Positions 1 through 13,300 of a stretch of DNA of 64,000 bases are shown piece by piece. The DNA is taken from assembly GCF_009914755.1 (NCBI RefSeq), contig NC_060926.1; one strand, written 5' to 3'. The position numbers were made by a program, and so were the translations under genes. The notes beneath the pieces were generated by a model. It searched no databases. It saw only the letters and a list, made by a program, of their open reading frames with translations, and was not told the DNA's origin. Positions within the stretch are counted from its first letter, which is position 1. Each line of letters opens with the position of its first letter. Source of the DNA: the human T2T-CHM13v2.0 reference genome, Homo sapiens.

Positions 1-397
1 GGTATAGTTAAGTAATTTGTAAGTTGAGATTCTGGAAACCAAACCAGATATCTATCTGCAAAACATGACAAAGAAGGAAAGGAAAATAGGAAAGGATTAG
101 ATGCACAGAGTGGAAGAGAACAGGAGAGAAAGAAATTAGTATGTCGGGTACCACGTGGAATGCAGTTCATGCTAAATCCAGAAGCCACGCCTAGAAAAGA
201 GCCAGAAAGAGCTGTTGTTCCTTCAAGGGTAGGAGAACATGGAGAGGGGCCCATGGCTGCCTACATGGGTAGTCGGAAAGGCTGGGTAAGCTAGGGAGAG
301 GAGCCAGAAGAGAAGCCTGTGGATTAACTTCTCCAGGAAATAGCAGTAATCTTAGGACCCATAAAAGCATGGATCATTGTTTGATAGGGTTACTAGG

Positions 398-707
398 TGC
401 TATGGTTTGAATGTGTCCCCTCCAATATTGAGATGATGCCAACGTGGTAGTATCAAGAGGTAGGGCCTTTAGGAGGTAATTAGGCTATGAGGGCTCCTTC
501 TTCATGAATGGAATTAGGTGTCCTTATGAAGGGGCTTGATGGAGAGAGTTGATCCCCTCTGGCCCTTAAGCTTTTCACCATGTGAGGATCTGGCACTTTG
601 ATCTTGGACTTCCTAGATTTCAGAACAGTGAGAAAATAAGTTTCTGTTCTTTATAAATTACCCAGTCTCAGATATTCTGTTATAGCAACACAAAATGGAC
701 TAAGACA
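398..707 (+). mobile_element. Solo MaLR LTR (MST family, MSTB-like) with internal deletion
   Basis: Starts TGCTATGGTTTGAATG and ends ATGGACTAAGACA (MaLR termini); perfect 5-bp TSD CTAGG at 393-397 and 708-712. Confidence 0.9.
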
Positions 708-1289
708 CTAGGCTAGTGATTAGTAACGTGAGGAGGATATAAAGTTGCAAAAATAAAAATAACCTGTAATCACCACTCTCAGAGGGAACAGTATTGCATT
801 TCAGACAACTGGTTTACGTAAATGCATTTTTTTTTTACTAAAATTGAACCTTATTGTACATATTTTTATAATTTGCCTTTTCACTTAACAATATAATATA
901 AATATCTTTTCATGCCAATGCTTGTATTTCTACAATATTTTTACTGGCTGCATATACTTTTATTGTATGCCTATGTCATCATTTATTTAACTAATTCCCT
1001 ACTAGGGCAATTTAGGCAATATTCAGTTTCTTATAATTTACTACAGCTAACCATTATACACATGATCCTTAACTTAGGACTTAGAATAAAATTTGGACAT
1101 GTAGTTCCCACTGGAATGTAAATATGTTGTGCCTTTTTTGTTGTTATTTTGCTAGCAACATTCCTTTCCACCTATTGCTGTTAAAAATAATATGTCTAGT
1201 ATTGGGGATATATTATAAGGGTCTCTTTTCAAATATTTGCAAAGCAGATGGGGAGTAAAGGAAAAATACTATACTACATTTTGTAGGTT

Positions 1290-1890
1290 TTTATTGGGTT
1301 ATTTTACTTTTTATCAATAGGTTCTAAGAATTCTTTAAATATTCTTTTAGAAGTCTTTTGTCAGATATGTGTATTTTAAATATTTACACACAGACACCCA
1401 TCCAGGCTGTGACTTAATTTTTTTATTTTCTTAATGATTTTTTTAAAGAACAGAAGTTTTTAATTTTGATGAAGTTTAATTTTTTGAGTTTTTCTTCTTA
1501 TGATCATGCTTTTATGTCCAAACTAAAAAATATTTGCATACCTCAAAGTGATGAAAATTATCTCCTACGATTTCTTCAAGAAGTTTTATTGCTTTAGCTT
1601 TTACACTTAATTCCCTGATCCACTGTGAATAATGTTTTGTTTATGGTGTGAGGTAAGGGTCAAAGTTCATTTGTTTTTTCACGTGACTATCCACTTGACC
1701 CAGCATCATTTGTTGTAAAGACTGTCCTTTCCCTCACTGAATCAGCTTGTCCTCTTTCTTGTAAGTCAATTGGCAATATACATGTGGGTCTATTACAGAA
1801 GTCTTTATTCTGTGCCATTGATCTATATGTTCATCCTTATGACACTATAATACTGTCTTAATTACTGTTACTTTATAGCAAGTCTTATAG
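1290..1890 (-). mobile_element. Old L1M ORF2 3' fragment
   Basis: T-rich antisense L1 motifs such as GGTGTGAGGTAAGGGTC, CCAGCATCATTTGTTG and GTGCCATTGATCTATATG. Confidence 0.75.
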
Positions 1891-2035
1891 TAAGACACCA
1901 CCTATTAAATTTTTAACTTTTTGAATTCATAGCTTTCTAAAACTGATTTACCCTGGCAACCAATGTGCTTATTTCAAACTGTATTGAGATAGCTCAAAAT
2001 CTCTTTTACGGTAAGAAGACTTACCCAAGAAAATT

Positions 2036-3152
2036 ATGATATTGTGAAAGTTATGATATTGTCAATTATGTATTTGGCCTTTTATGGCATGCAGTTCCCA
2101 AAACCCTTGGAATCTCCAGAGTGATAAGAGTGACTTTTGAATGCTAATGAGATGATTGGTGGCTGGGGCACCCTTGATAGCTTCAGAATGGGGGCTGATC
2201 ATTGGAAAGACCAAGCATGATTAGAAGGTTGAGACTTTCAGCCCCACTTCCACCCCTCCAAATTTCTTTTCTTTTTTTTTTTTAAGTGAAAGCAAGTTTA
2301 ATAAAAAGTAAAGGAATAAAAGTGGCTACCCCATAGGCAAAGCAGCAGTGTGGGCTGCTTGATATACTATGCCTATGGTTACTTCTTGATTATATGCTAA
2401 ACAGGTGGATTACTCATGAATTTTCCGGGAAAGGGGCAGGGAGTTCCCAGAACTGAAGGTTCCTCCACGTTTCAGACGTTGCCATGGCATTTGTACACTG
2501 TCATGGTGCTCCATCACCCAACTTCTGGGGATGGGAGGGGAGTGAAGGTTGAGTGGATCTCCAGTGGCTATTGATGTAATCAGTCATGCCTACATAAGAA
2601 AGCCTCCATAAAACCCCAAAAGTACAGAGAGCTTCTGGATAGCTGAACACGTGGAGGTGCCTGGGGGATGGCATGCCTGTAGAGAACATGGCAGCTTAAT
2701 GTCCCTTCCCACATTTATTGCCCTACGCATCTCTTCCATCTGGCTGTTCATCTGTATTCTTTGCAATATCCTATATAATAAATGAGGAAATGTAAGTAAA
2801 GTGTTTCCCTGAGTTCTGTGAGCCACTCTGGTAAATTAATTGAACCCCAGAAGGGGGTTTGTGGGAAGCTGTATTTATAGTAGCTCAGTCAAAAGCACAG
2901 GCCACAAACTGGCACTTGCAATTGGCATCCAAAGTGAGGGCAGTCTTATGGGACCAAGCCCTTGACCTGTGGAATCTGACACTATCTCCAGGTAGATTGT
3001 CTCAGAAATAAATTTAATTATAGGACACCCACCTGGTGTCCACTGGAAAATTTCTTGGTGTGTGGGGAGAAACCCACACACATATGGTGTCAAAGTGTTG
3101 TGTTGAGTGGTATGTGAGAGTAGAAAGAAAAAATTATTTGTTTTTTTCCACC
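2036..3152. mobile_element. MER21-like LTR, split by the MER41 fragment
   Basis: Resembles recalled MER21 consensus: CCCTTGGAATCTCCAGAGTGATAAG, GCTAATGAGATGA, GACTTTCAGCCCC, then resumes at GGGGATGGGAGGGGAGTGAAGGTTGAG. Confidence 0.65.
2263..2510 (-). mobile_element. Polyadenylated MER41(B)-like ERV1 LTR fragment
   Basis: Matches recalled MER41B (AAGTGAAAGCAAGTTT..., GACGTTGCCATGGCATTTGT); T-tract 2263-2283 begins ~13 nt past the LTR polyA signal on the minus strand. Confidence 0.75.
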
Positions 3153-4199
3153 CGAATGGTGCACTGGGTGCACCATTCCAAGTGTAGAAGGTGGGAAAGG
3201 TATGTCTTATATCAGAATCACCTGTGCTCCTGAAACACTACAGTTTCATGAAAATGCCTAAGAATAGGCAGCTTGAGGCTTTTAGAATGTTGATACTTTT
3301 CAAAAAATACACAGTTTTATAAAAGTATATACCAGTGTAAAACATTTGGAAAATGCAGAAAAGTATAGAAAGACATTAAAATTATCTGTAATTTACTACT
3401 CAAATGAACACTGTTAATAAAATTTTCTATGCATATTTTAACTTAAGAATCAAACTGTTTCTGTAGTTTTATATGTTAAGAAGTTAATATTATTTGGGGA
3501 ATATTGTCCCATTTCATTTAATCTTTTTGAAAACCCTATTTTAATGTCTATATATTTTTAATATATTGATATACCATGATGATATACCATAGTGTAACCA
3601 TCAACTATTGCTGATTATCTGGACTATTTCCACTTTGCTATTATAAATGTGTACTACTCATCCTTAAACACATCTACATCATTTATTATTTATTTTTAAT
3701 AAATTTCTAAAAGTGGATTTACTGATTGAAAGAACATAAATTTTCAAATGTTTCTTGACACAGAGGACAAATTTATTTCTAGAAAGTTTTTTTTATCAGT
3801 TCATACTCCCACTAGCTGTGAACAACAGTGTCATATCACTCTTGCAAGCACTATTTTTTAAATCTTTGTTAATTTGATAGGTGAAAAAAGATAACTTATT
3901 GCTACTTTAATTTGCACATTTTTTGATTACCAGTAATTAATTTTTAATGTGTTAACTTTTCTTCCGCAAATGTTGTTCTCATAACTTTGTTTCAAAGTTC
4001 TTAATATGTTAAGAACATTATTTTTTGCCATACATGTTGGAGATATTGTTCAATGTTCTAAATTGTCCATGGACATTTGAAAATAGTACATATTCTTTTT
4101 ATCTAGGATGCAAATTTACATTACTACTTAGACTGTTTCGATAAATAATGGTTGGTTTAAAAATGCCTCAAGAAATTTTGCTTTTTAAATCTTTTTCTG

Positions 4200-4600
4200 C
4201 AGAAACCACAAGTGGTAATGCAGTATCCTGGGGCTAGAAATGGCAGGGAACCATCACTTTTCTTAGGCTGGAAAGAGAAAGGAGTGAGAGCAGATGTGGA
4301 AACATGGAAACTGGAGGGCCAAAAGGAAGGGCTCCTCTATGGCAACTGACCTCAAGTAAGGAATAGCCAACCTGCAGCCACGCTGCGGGACCACCGCTGG
4401 GGAACTAAGTGCACCAGCCCCACCTTCAATCTCCCCCACAGTCTCCTGCTGATGCTTCCTTTTGGCCAAACCCAAGTAGAAGCAAAGGGTGAGAGAGCTG
4501 TCAGTGTGGTCCCTCCAAGTCAGCCTCCTGGGACCTAGAGCAATGAGGAGATGGAGGAGGAGTGGATAGCCGGAGGAGAACATGGAAGGCGTTCAGCACA
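4200..4600. mobile_element. Old ERVL-type LTR (LTR33-like)
   Basis: TTGGCCAAACCCAAGTAGAAGC...AGTCAGCCTCCTGGG...TTCAGCACA resembles LTR33. Confidence 0.5.
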
Positions 4601-4844
4601 AAGACCCCATCTTGTTAAGAAGTCCCTGCATTTTAACTCTTACCAATAGAAACTGACCTTTTTGTGATACTGTAACTCTGCTTTTTCTGATTTCTTACAT
4701 GTTTTTCTAATATAACTTAACATATGCATTATTTAATAGTATAAGATTAATTTGATTTTATTTGTTATCTATAGTTTGCACTTATGTTTGAGGATTTCAA
4801 CTGCAAGCTTACAGGAAGGGAAAAATGCAGACACTGGGCAGAGG

Positions 4845-5260
4845 ATGCAAGTTGTCTGCTAATATCCATTTCCCTCTCCTCTGTAGGAATAGAACCCTCA
4901 ATCATCATCTGGGCACATAGCTGTTCAAACTAAAGACTACATTTCCCAGCCTTTCTTATAGCCAGGGTGGCCATGAGACTAAGATCTGGAATAGGATGTG
5001 AAGGGAAGTGATGTAGGCAATACTTGTCGTTTCCCTGAAGGATGATGCATGAGCCTTCTTTCCCCTTCCTCCACCTCGTGTGGATCGTGGATGTGGTGGG
5101 GAGTCATCATGGACCATAGGGATGGCAGAGCAATGAGGTCCCTGGACCACCTGGATTGTTTATCTCCAGACACTAGATGAGAAAGAAAGAAACTTCTCTT
5201 TTATAAGTCCCTGTTATTTTGGATGTTACACAAAGCCAAGCCTAATTCCTAACTAAAACG
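4845..5260 (+). mobile_element. MLT1-type MaLR LTR (old)
   Basis: ACTACATTTCCCAGCC, GGCCATGAGACTAAG and the end AGCCAAGCCTAATTCCTAACT are typical of MLT1H-J. Confidence 0.7.
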
Positions 5261-5317
5261 GATATCAAGGGGCAGAATTTCAGCCATTCATTTAAATGGA
5301 AAAAGGGAATGGAGATT

Positions 5318-5525
5318 AACATTTTCTGAGCACTCTCTACATATTTTCACCAATATTATTGCATTTAATCTTCTCAACAATCCTGCAAAATGGGTATTAT
5401 TCCCATTGTTACTCTTGAGACTGGGGCTGTTAGCTTAAGAAACTTCCTCATCATCACACAGCTATAACCTGACTATACTGGGGTATGACCAGGATGTATC
5501 TGTCTGACTCCAAAACCAAGTTTTC
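5318..5525 (-). mobile_element. MIR SINE
   Basis: CATTTAATCTTCTCAACAATCCTG...TATTATTCCCATT...CTGTCTGACTCCAAA core. Confidence 0.7.
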
Positions 5526-6761
5526 CTTCATGTCCTCCTGATTGCCTGAAGATGAATGAGACTCCCAGCTGGGTCAAGAGTAAGCTTATATTCATGCCTT
5601 AATCATCTCATATCCTCTAGAACCAGTGTGCTTTTGAGAAACAAATAGATAAACCATAACACCTTCTCATCATAGCAACTACTGTTTACAACTCACATTT
5701 ATTCTTCAGCTTAAGAATGGCCAGGATCCCTCAATTCAGGGAATTTATGAGTAATGGGAAATGCAAGAACTCAAGCCTCCTATGTCAAAGAGGGAGATTT
5801 AGAAAGACTAAGATAGCTCATGCACAAAGTTAAACATTTATGACTCATATACCATTGCCAGCACCATCCTAATACTGCTCTTGATTCAAAAAATGTAACA
5901 TTCCCTAAGATGTGATTCTATTTGTTTTATTTGTATATTGATGACCAGGCAACAGGAGAAAGGAATTGTAGAAGCTTTGGGTGGTTTTTGTATTTCTCAA
6001 GGGTAGTAAGAAAATGAATTGGGTTAGGGAATGTGTCCAGTTCCTTGATATCATTGAGTCATCATTATTACTTAATGAGAGCTCTCTTTTAGATTACTGC
6101 TTTGGATCAGCGCTTGGTGGGATGCACTATGAAGTTAGCCTATCTCTAATAATAGTCAAGTTGTCACTGCTATTGTCTAGCACGAGCCTTCATTACTCAT
6201 TCCAAGGTACATATTCCATGTGCTACTGAAGCTTCCAGTCACTTGGGTAACAGTTTGGCTGGGTTCTATGTGAAAAGGAAGAGAATGACCCCTTTTGTAT
6301 CTATTTGCCATTTGGCCCCAAAACAACTCTGAATGGTGGTATTCTCTTCATGTCTCTCTTTAACATGTTGACTTCTCTCTTCTAACACACAAGTATGAGG
6401 TATAGGTTCAGATTTTTTTGATATGAATATCCAATTGTCACAACATCACTAATTGAAAAGACTTATTTTTATTGAACTGCTTTTGCAACTTTGTCAAAAA
6501 TCAATTGACCAACCTTACACCATATACAAAAATTAATTCAAAATGGACCAAAGACCTAAATATAAGTGCTAAAATTATAGAAATTATAGAAGTCAACCTA
6601 GATGTAAATCTTCATGACCTTCGTTTCTAGATATAACAACAAAAACATGAATAATAGAATAAAAATAGATAAATTGGATTTTAACAAAATTAAATGCTTT
6701 TGTGCATCAAAGAACATAATCAGGGAGGTAAAAAGACAGCACACCGAATGGATGAAAATAT

Positions 6762-6955
6762 AGCCTAGGCAATGTATTGAGACCCTGTCTCTACAAAAAA
6801 TAGAAAAAATTAGCCAGGTGTGGTGACATGTGCCTGTAGTCCCAGGAACTTGGGAGGCTGAAACAGGAGGATCGCTTGAGCCCAGGATGTCAAGGCTGCC
6901 ATGATGATGTCACTGCACTCCAGTCTTGATGACAGAGTAGGACCTTCTCTCAAAA
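6762..6955 (+). mobile_element. 5'-truncated AluJ
   Basis: Alu linker TCTACAAAAAATAGAAAAAATTAGCC plus right arm with J-type GGATCGCTTGAGCCCAGG. Confidence 0.85.
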
Positions 6956-7764
6956 TAAGGGTTTAGTATGCAGAATATATTAAAAACTCTCACAACACAG
7001 TAATAAAAAGACAAATAACCAAGTTTTAAAATGGACAAATGATCTGAATAGATATTTCTATAAGGAAGTTATACACATGGCCAATAAACACATAAAAAGA
7101 TGCTTAGCATTACTAGTCATTAGGGAAAGATAAATTGAAACCACGAGGTGATATCACTTCACACCCACTGGAATATCTATAATTAAAATGTCCTATAATA
7201 ACAAATATTGGTGAGAATGGGAAGAAATAAGAATCTTCATTTATTACTGGTAGAGAAATGTAAAGTGGTATAGCCACTTTAGAAACAGTTTGACAGTTCT
7301 TCAACAAGTTAAATATAGAGTTACCGTGTGACCCAGCAATTCTACTTCTATATATCCAAAATAATTGAAAACAAGGGCTCCAACGACAACAACAAAATTG
7401 TACGCAAAGGTTCAAGGCAACATTACTCACAATGGTTAAAGGTGGAAACAGTCCACATGTCCACTGACTGAAAAATGGATCAACAAAATATGGTATATAC
7501 ATACAATGGTATATTACTTAGGCATAAAAAGAAATGAAATGCTGATACATGCTACAACATGAATAAACCTTGAAAAGATTATGCTAAGTGACAAAAGCCA
7601 GACACATAAGCCATATATGGTATAATTGCATTTATATGAAATATGCAAGATAGGCGAATCCATAGAGACAGAAATCAGATTAGTGGTTGCTAGAGGGGAG
7701 AGGCAAATGGGGATTGATTGCTTAATGTGTACAGTGCTTTCTTTCTGGGTGATAAAAATGTTCT

Positions 7765-7890
7765 GCTGCACAGTGGTGTGTTCCTATAATCCCAGTTACT
7801 TGGGAGAATGAGGTGAGAATATTGCTTGAGCCCAGGAGTTTGAGACCAGCCTGGACAACATCATGAGAGCCCATCTCAAAAAAACAAAAA
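7765..7890 (+). mobile_element. FLAM monomer
   Basis: Single ~125-bp Alu monomer, TTGCTTGAGCCCAGGAGTTTGAGACCAGCC, ending in an A-tract. Confidence 0.8.
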
Positions 7891-8330
7891 TGAAAAATGG
7901 TTATGGAGTTCTGGAAGAAGTTAGTTATGATGGCTGTACAACTTTGTGAAAGTACTAAATCCCATTCAATTGTACACTTTAAGGTTTTAATTTCATTGAG
8001 TTCAAATAACCTGCTTTTTTTTCTTTTGTTGCTTATGCTTTTGGTGTCACAGCTAAGACTCTTGTCAAATGCAAGGTCATAAAAATATACTGCTATGTTT
8101 TCTTCTAAGAGTTTTATAGCTTTACCTCTTAGGTCTTTGATCAATTTTTACTTAAAGTTTGTGTATAGTATGAAGTTCATAAAAAATTTTAGAACTAGCT
8201 TGTGTATATCTACAAAAATATCTTGGTGGGACTTTGACTGGAATTGCCTTAAGTCTATAAATTAATTTGGGGAAAATGAAATCTAATGTGTTGAGTCTCC
8301 CAATTCATGAATATAGTATGCCTCTTTATT

Positions 8331-9406
8331 TTCTTTTTTTTTAAATTATACTTTAAATTCTAGGGTACATGTGCATAACGTACAGGTTTGTTACATATGT
8401 ATACATGTGCCATGTTGCTGTGCTGCACCTGTTAACTCGTCATTTACATTAGGTATATCTCCTAATGCTATCCCTCCCCTCTCCCCCAACCCCATGACAG
8501 GCTCCAGTGTGTGATGTTCCCCACCCTGTGTCCAGGTGTTCTCATTGTTCAATTCCCACCTATGAGTGAGAATATGCAGTGTTTGGTTTTCTGTCTTTGC
8601 GATAGTTTGCTCAGAATGATGGTTTCCAGCTTTATCCATGTCCCTACAAAGGACATGAACTCATCCTTTTTTATGGCTGCATAGTATTCCATAGTGTATA
8701 TGTGCCACATTTTCTTAATCCAGTCTATCATTGATGGACATTTGGGTTGGTTCCAAGTCTTTCCTATTGTGAATAGTGCCGCGATAAACATATGTGTGCA
8801 TGTGTCTTTATAGCAGCATGATTTATAATCCTTTGGGCATATACCCGGTAATGGGATGGATGGGTCAAATGGTATTTCTAGTTCTAGATCCTTGAGGAAT
8901 CACCACACTGTCTTCCACAATGGTTGAACTAGTTTACAGTCCAACCAACAGTGTAAAAGTGTTCCTATTTCTCCACATCCTCTCCAGCACCTGTTATTTC
9001 CCTCGCTTCTGCCTTGCAGTTTGATCTCAGATTGCTGTGCTAGCAGTGAGCAAGGCTCCATGGGCATAGGACCCTCCAAGCCATGCGCGGGATATAATCT
9101 CCTGGTGTGCCATTTGCTAAGACCATTGGAAAAGCACAGTATTAGGGTGGGAGTGCCCCGATTTTCCAGGTACCATCTGTCACAGCTTCCCTTGGCTAGG
9201 AAAGGGAATTCCCCGACCCCTTGCGCTTCCCAGGTGAGGCGATGCCCTGCCCTGCTTCGTGGGCTGGACCCACTGTCTGACAAGCCCCAGTGAGATGAAC
9301 CTGGTACCTCAGTTGGAAATGCAGAAATCACCCGTCTTCTGCGTTGCTCACACTGGGAGCTGTAGACTGGAGCTGTTCCTATTCAGCCATCTTGGAACCT
9401 CCTCCC
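8331..9406 (-). mobile_element. Internally deleted L1PA (PA6-like): 5'UTR start joined to ORF2 end and 3'UTR
   Basis: Intact 5' end (GGGAGGAGGTTCCAAGATGGC), junction at 9000/9001, ORF2 C-terminus ending SLIGGN, tail, TSD GCCTCTTTATT at 8320-8330 and 9407-9417. Confidence 0.9.
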
Positions 9407-9417
9407 GCCTCTTTATT

Positions 9418-10320
9418 GTCTAAGGTCTATTTTTATTTCTTTCATCACAGTTTTATGGTTTTCAGATTCTATGTATGTTTGGTAAGATTTATACTGCAAT
9501 ATATTTTGGAGCTATTGTGAATAGTATTTTTTAAAACTTCCAGTTCCAAAAGTTTATATTCACTGCTAGTATATATGAAATATGAATAATTGTGTGTTTA
9601 CCTTATATCTTCCATTCTTGATAACTCACCTATTACTTCTAGGAGATTTTCTTCAGATTTCTTGGAATTTTCTATGTCATCTGTGAATAGGGAGACTTTT
9701 GTTTCTTCCTTTTCAATCTCTATGACTTTTATCTCTTTTTATTGACGTATTACACTTCTAATGCAATATAGAGTAGGAGTGGTGAGACTGAATCTTCTTG
9801 CCTAGTGCAAGGAAAAGCAACAAAGGGAAAAGCATTCCATCATTTAGCATTAGGTGTGATTTTGGCTGTAAATTTTTTGTAGATGCCCTTTATCATATTG
9901 AGAAAGTCCACTTCTATGCCTACTTTGTTGACTTTTTATCATGAAAGGATGTTGAATTCTATCAAATGCTTTTTCTGCATCAATTAATGTAATCCTATGA
10001 TTTTTCTTATTTAGACTGTTAATATGGTAGATTATATTGCTTAATTTTCCAAATAGTACTGAATCAATGTGCGTTCCCTGAGATAAAGCTCATTTGATCA
10101 TGGTGTATTATCCTTGTTATACATTATTGGACTCAGTTTGCTAATATTTTGTTAAAGATTTTCGCTTCTATGTTCGTGAGAAATATTGATCTATAGCTTT
10201 CTGTTTTCTTTTTTGTTCTTTGGCTTTAGTACCATGGTACTGCTAAACTCATAAAATAAGTTGGAAAGTATTATCTTCTCTTCTAATTTTTTTGAAATTG
10301 TTTAAAATTGGTGTTACTTC
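9418..10320 (-). mobile_element. Old L1M ORF2 host fragment (continues at 14200-14540 and 15195-16520)
   Basis: Antisense L1 ORF2 motifs TAGATGCCCTTTATCA, TCAAATGCTTTTTCTGCATC and TTTGCTAATATTTTGTT. Confidence 0.75.
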
Positions 10321-10321
10321 T

Positions 10322-13300
10322 ATAACACAATGAAAAAAAACAAAGTATATCAGTAACATTAACATGATGAATGGAACAGTATCTTACATATGAATATTAA
10401 CACTGACTATAAGGAGCCTAAATGCTCCACTTAAAAGATACAGGTTGATAGAATGGATAAAGAATCACAAACTAAGTATCTGCTGTCTTCAAGAGACTCA
10501 CTAAATATACATGCACCTCACTGTTAAGCTCCCAGATTCATAAACCAATTATTACTAGACCTAAGAAATGAGATAGACAGCGACACAACAATAGTAGGGG
10601 ACTTCAATACTCCACTGACAGCACTAGACAGATCATCAAGACAGAAAGTCAACAAAGAAACAATGGGTTAAATAACACCCTACAACAAATGTACCTAACA
10701 GATATTTACAGGGCATTCTACCCAATAACTGCAGAATACATATTCTTCCCATCAGCACATGGAACATTCTCCAAGATAGACCATATATTAGGCTACAAAA
10801 CAAGCCTCAACAAACTTTTAAAAATTGAAATAATATCAAGTATCTTCTCAGACCGCAGTGGAATACAACAAGAAGCCAACTCCAAAAGGAACCCCCAAAA
10901 CTATACAAATGCATGGAAATTAAACAATCTGCTCTTGAATGATTTTTGGATTAACAATGAAATCAAGGTGGAAATTTAAAAATTATTTGAAAAGAATGAT
11001 AATAGTGACACAAGTTATCAAAAACTCTAGGATACAGCAAAAGCAGTGCTAAGAGGAAGGCTTATAGCACTAAACACCTACATCAAAAAGTCTGGAAGAT
11101 CACAAATTGACAACTTAATGTCACACCTCAAAGAACTAGAGAAACAAGAACAAACTAAACCCAAAGCTAGCAGAACTATGAACACCTCTATGCAAACAAA
11201 CTAGAAAACCTAGAGGACATGGATAAATTCCTAGAAAAATACGACACTTCTAGATTAAACCAGGAAGAAATAGAAACCCTAACAGACTAATAACAAGCAG
11301 AAAGATTGAATCAGTAGTAAAGAAAAAAATGCCAACAAAAAATCCCAGAACCAGATGAATTCACAGCCAAATTTTGCCAGATATTCAAAGAATTGGTACC
11401 AATCCTACTGAAACTGTTCCAAATATTAAGAAAGAAGGAATCCTCCCTACATCATTGTATGAAGCCAGTATCACCCTGATACCAAAACCAGGAAAGGACA
11501 TACCAAAAAAAAAAGAAAAGAAAACTACAGGCCAATATCCCTGATGAATATAGATGCAAAAATCCTCAACAAAATACTAGCTAACCAAATCCAACAGCAC
11601 ATCACAAGGAGAATACATCATGATCAAGTGGGTTTCATTCCAGGGATGCAGGGATGGTTTAACATACATGAGTCAATAAATGTGATACATCACGTAAACA
11701 GAATTAAAAACAAAAACCATATGATAATCTCAATAGATGCAGAAAAAGTGCTCCATAAAATCTGGCATCCCTTTAGGATGAAAACCCTCAACAAACTAGG
11801 TATAGACGGGACTCATATTAATAAAAGCCATATATGACAAACCCACAGTCATCATCATACTGAATGGGGAAAAGTTGAAAGCATTCCCCGTAAGAACAGG
11901 AGCAAGACAAGGATACCCACTTTAACCACTTCTATTCAACATAGTACTGGAAGTCCTAGCCAGAGCAATTATACAAGAAAAAGAAATAAAAGGTATCCAC
12001 ATTGGAAAAGAGGGAGTCAAACTATCACTGGTCACTGATGATATGATTGTATACCTAGAAAACCCTAAAGCCTCCTCCAAAAGATTCCTAGATTTGATAA
12101 AAGAATTCAGTAAAGTCTCAGGTTACAAAATCAATGAACACAAATCAATAACACTGGTATATACCAACAACAATGAAGCTGAGAATCAAATCAAGAACTC
12201 AATCCTTTTTACAACAGCTGCAAAATATACCTACATATATACATGTATGTATATATATTTATATATATATATATTCATAGGTGTATATATGTACGTAAGA
12301 ATATTCTTAACCAAGGAAGTGAAAGATCTTTACAAGGAGAACTACAAAGCACTGCTGAAAGAAATCATAGATGACACAAGCAAGTGGAGACACATCCCAT
12401 GTTCATGGATGGAAGAATCAATATTGTGAAAATGACCACACTGCCCAAAGCAATCTACAGATTCAATGCAATTCTTATCAAAATACCAATGTCATTTTTT
12501 CACAGAATTAGAAAAAACAATCCTAAAATTTGTATGGAACCAAACAAGAGCCCAAATAACCAAAGCAATCCTAACCAAAAAGAATAAATCTGGAGGGATT
12601 GTATTACCAGACTTCAAGTTATACTATAAGGCAACAGTTACCAAAACAGCACGGTACTGGTACTGGTATAAAAGCATTCACACAGATTAATGGAACATAA
12701 TAAAGAACCCAGAAATAAAGCCAAATACTTACAACCAACTGATCTTCAACAAAGCATACAAAATCATAAACTGGGGGAAAGGTCAAATGATGCTGGGAAA
12801 ACTAGCTAGCCACATGCAGAATAATTAAATTGGATCCCTATCTCTCACCCTATACAAAATTCAAATCAAGATGGATCAAAGACTTAAATCTGAGACCTGA
12901 AACCATAAAAATTCTAGAAGATAATCTTGGGAAAACTCTTCTAGTCATTGGTCTAGGCAAAGAATTTACGACTAAAATCCCAAAGCCAATGCAACAACAG
13001 CAAAAATAAATAAATGAGACCTGATTAAACTAAAAAGCTTCGCACAGCAAAAGAAATAATCAGCAGAGTAAACAGAGAACCCACAGAATGGAAGAAAAAT
13101 ATTTGCCAACTATGCATCTGACAAAGGGCTAGTATCCAGAATCTTCAAGGAACTTAAATCAGCAAGAAAAAAAATTCTTTCAAAAAGTGGGCCAATTACA
13201 TGAATAGACTTTTCTCAGAAGAAGATATACAAGTGGCCAATACACATATGAAAAAATGCTCAACATCCCTAATCACCAGGGAAATGCAAATTAAAGCCAC

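Larger units (their letters stand above)
6511..7990 (+). mobile_element. L1MB-like 3' portion (ORF2 end and 3'UTR) containing Alu/FLAM insertions
   Basis: TACACCATATACAAAAATTAATTC, GACCCAGCAATTCTACTTC, ATCCATAGAGACAGAAA, ATTGTACACTTTAA. Confidence 0.8.

Noticed and set aside
6393-8180. Possible twin-priming inversion or inverted repeat among L1M pieces
   Set aside because: The sense and antisense pieces are too divergent from each other and no TSD is visible; independent old insertions explain it
8900-9331. 143-aa chimeric ORF across the mini-L1 junction
   Set aside because: Non-ATG start in 5'UTR sequence running into an ORF2 remnant; a by-product of the deletion
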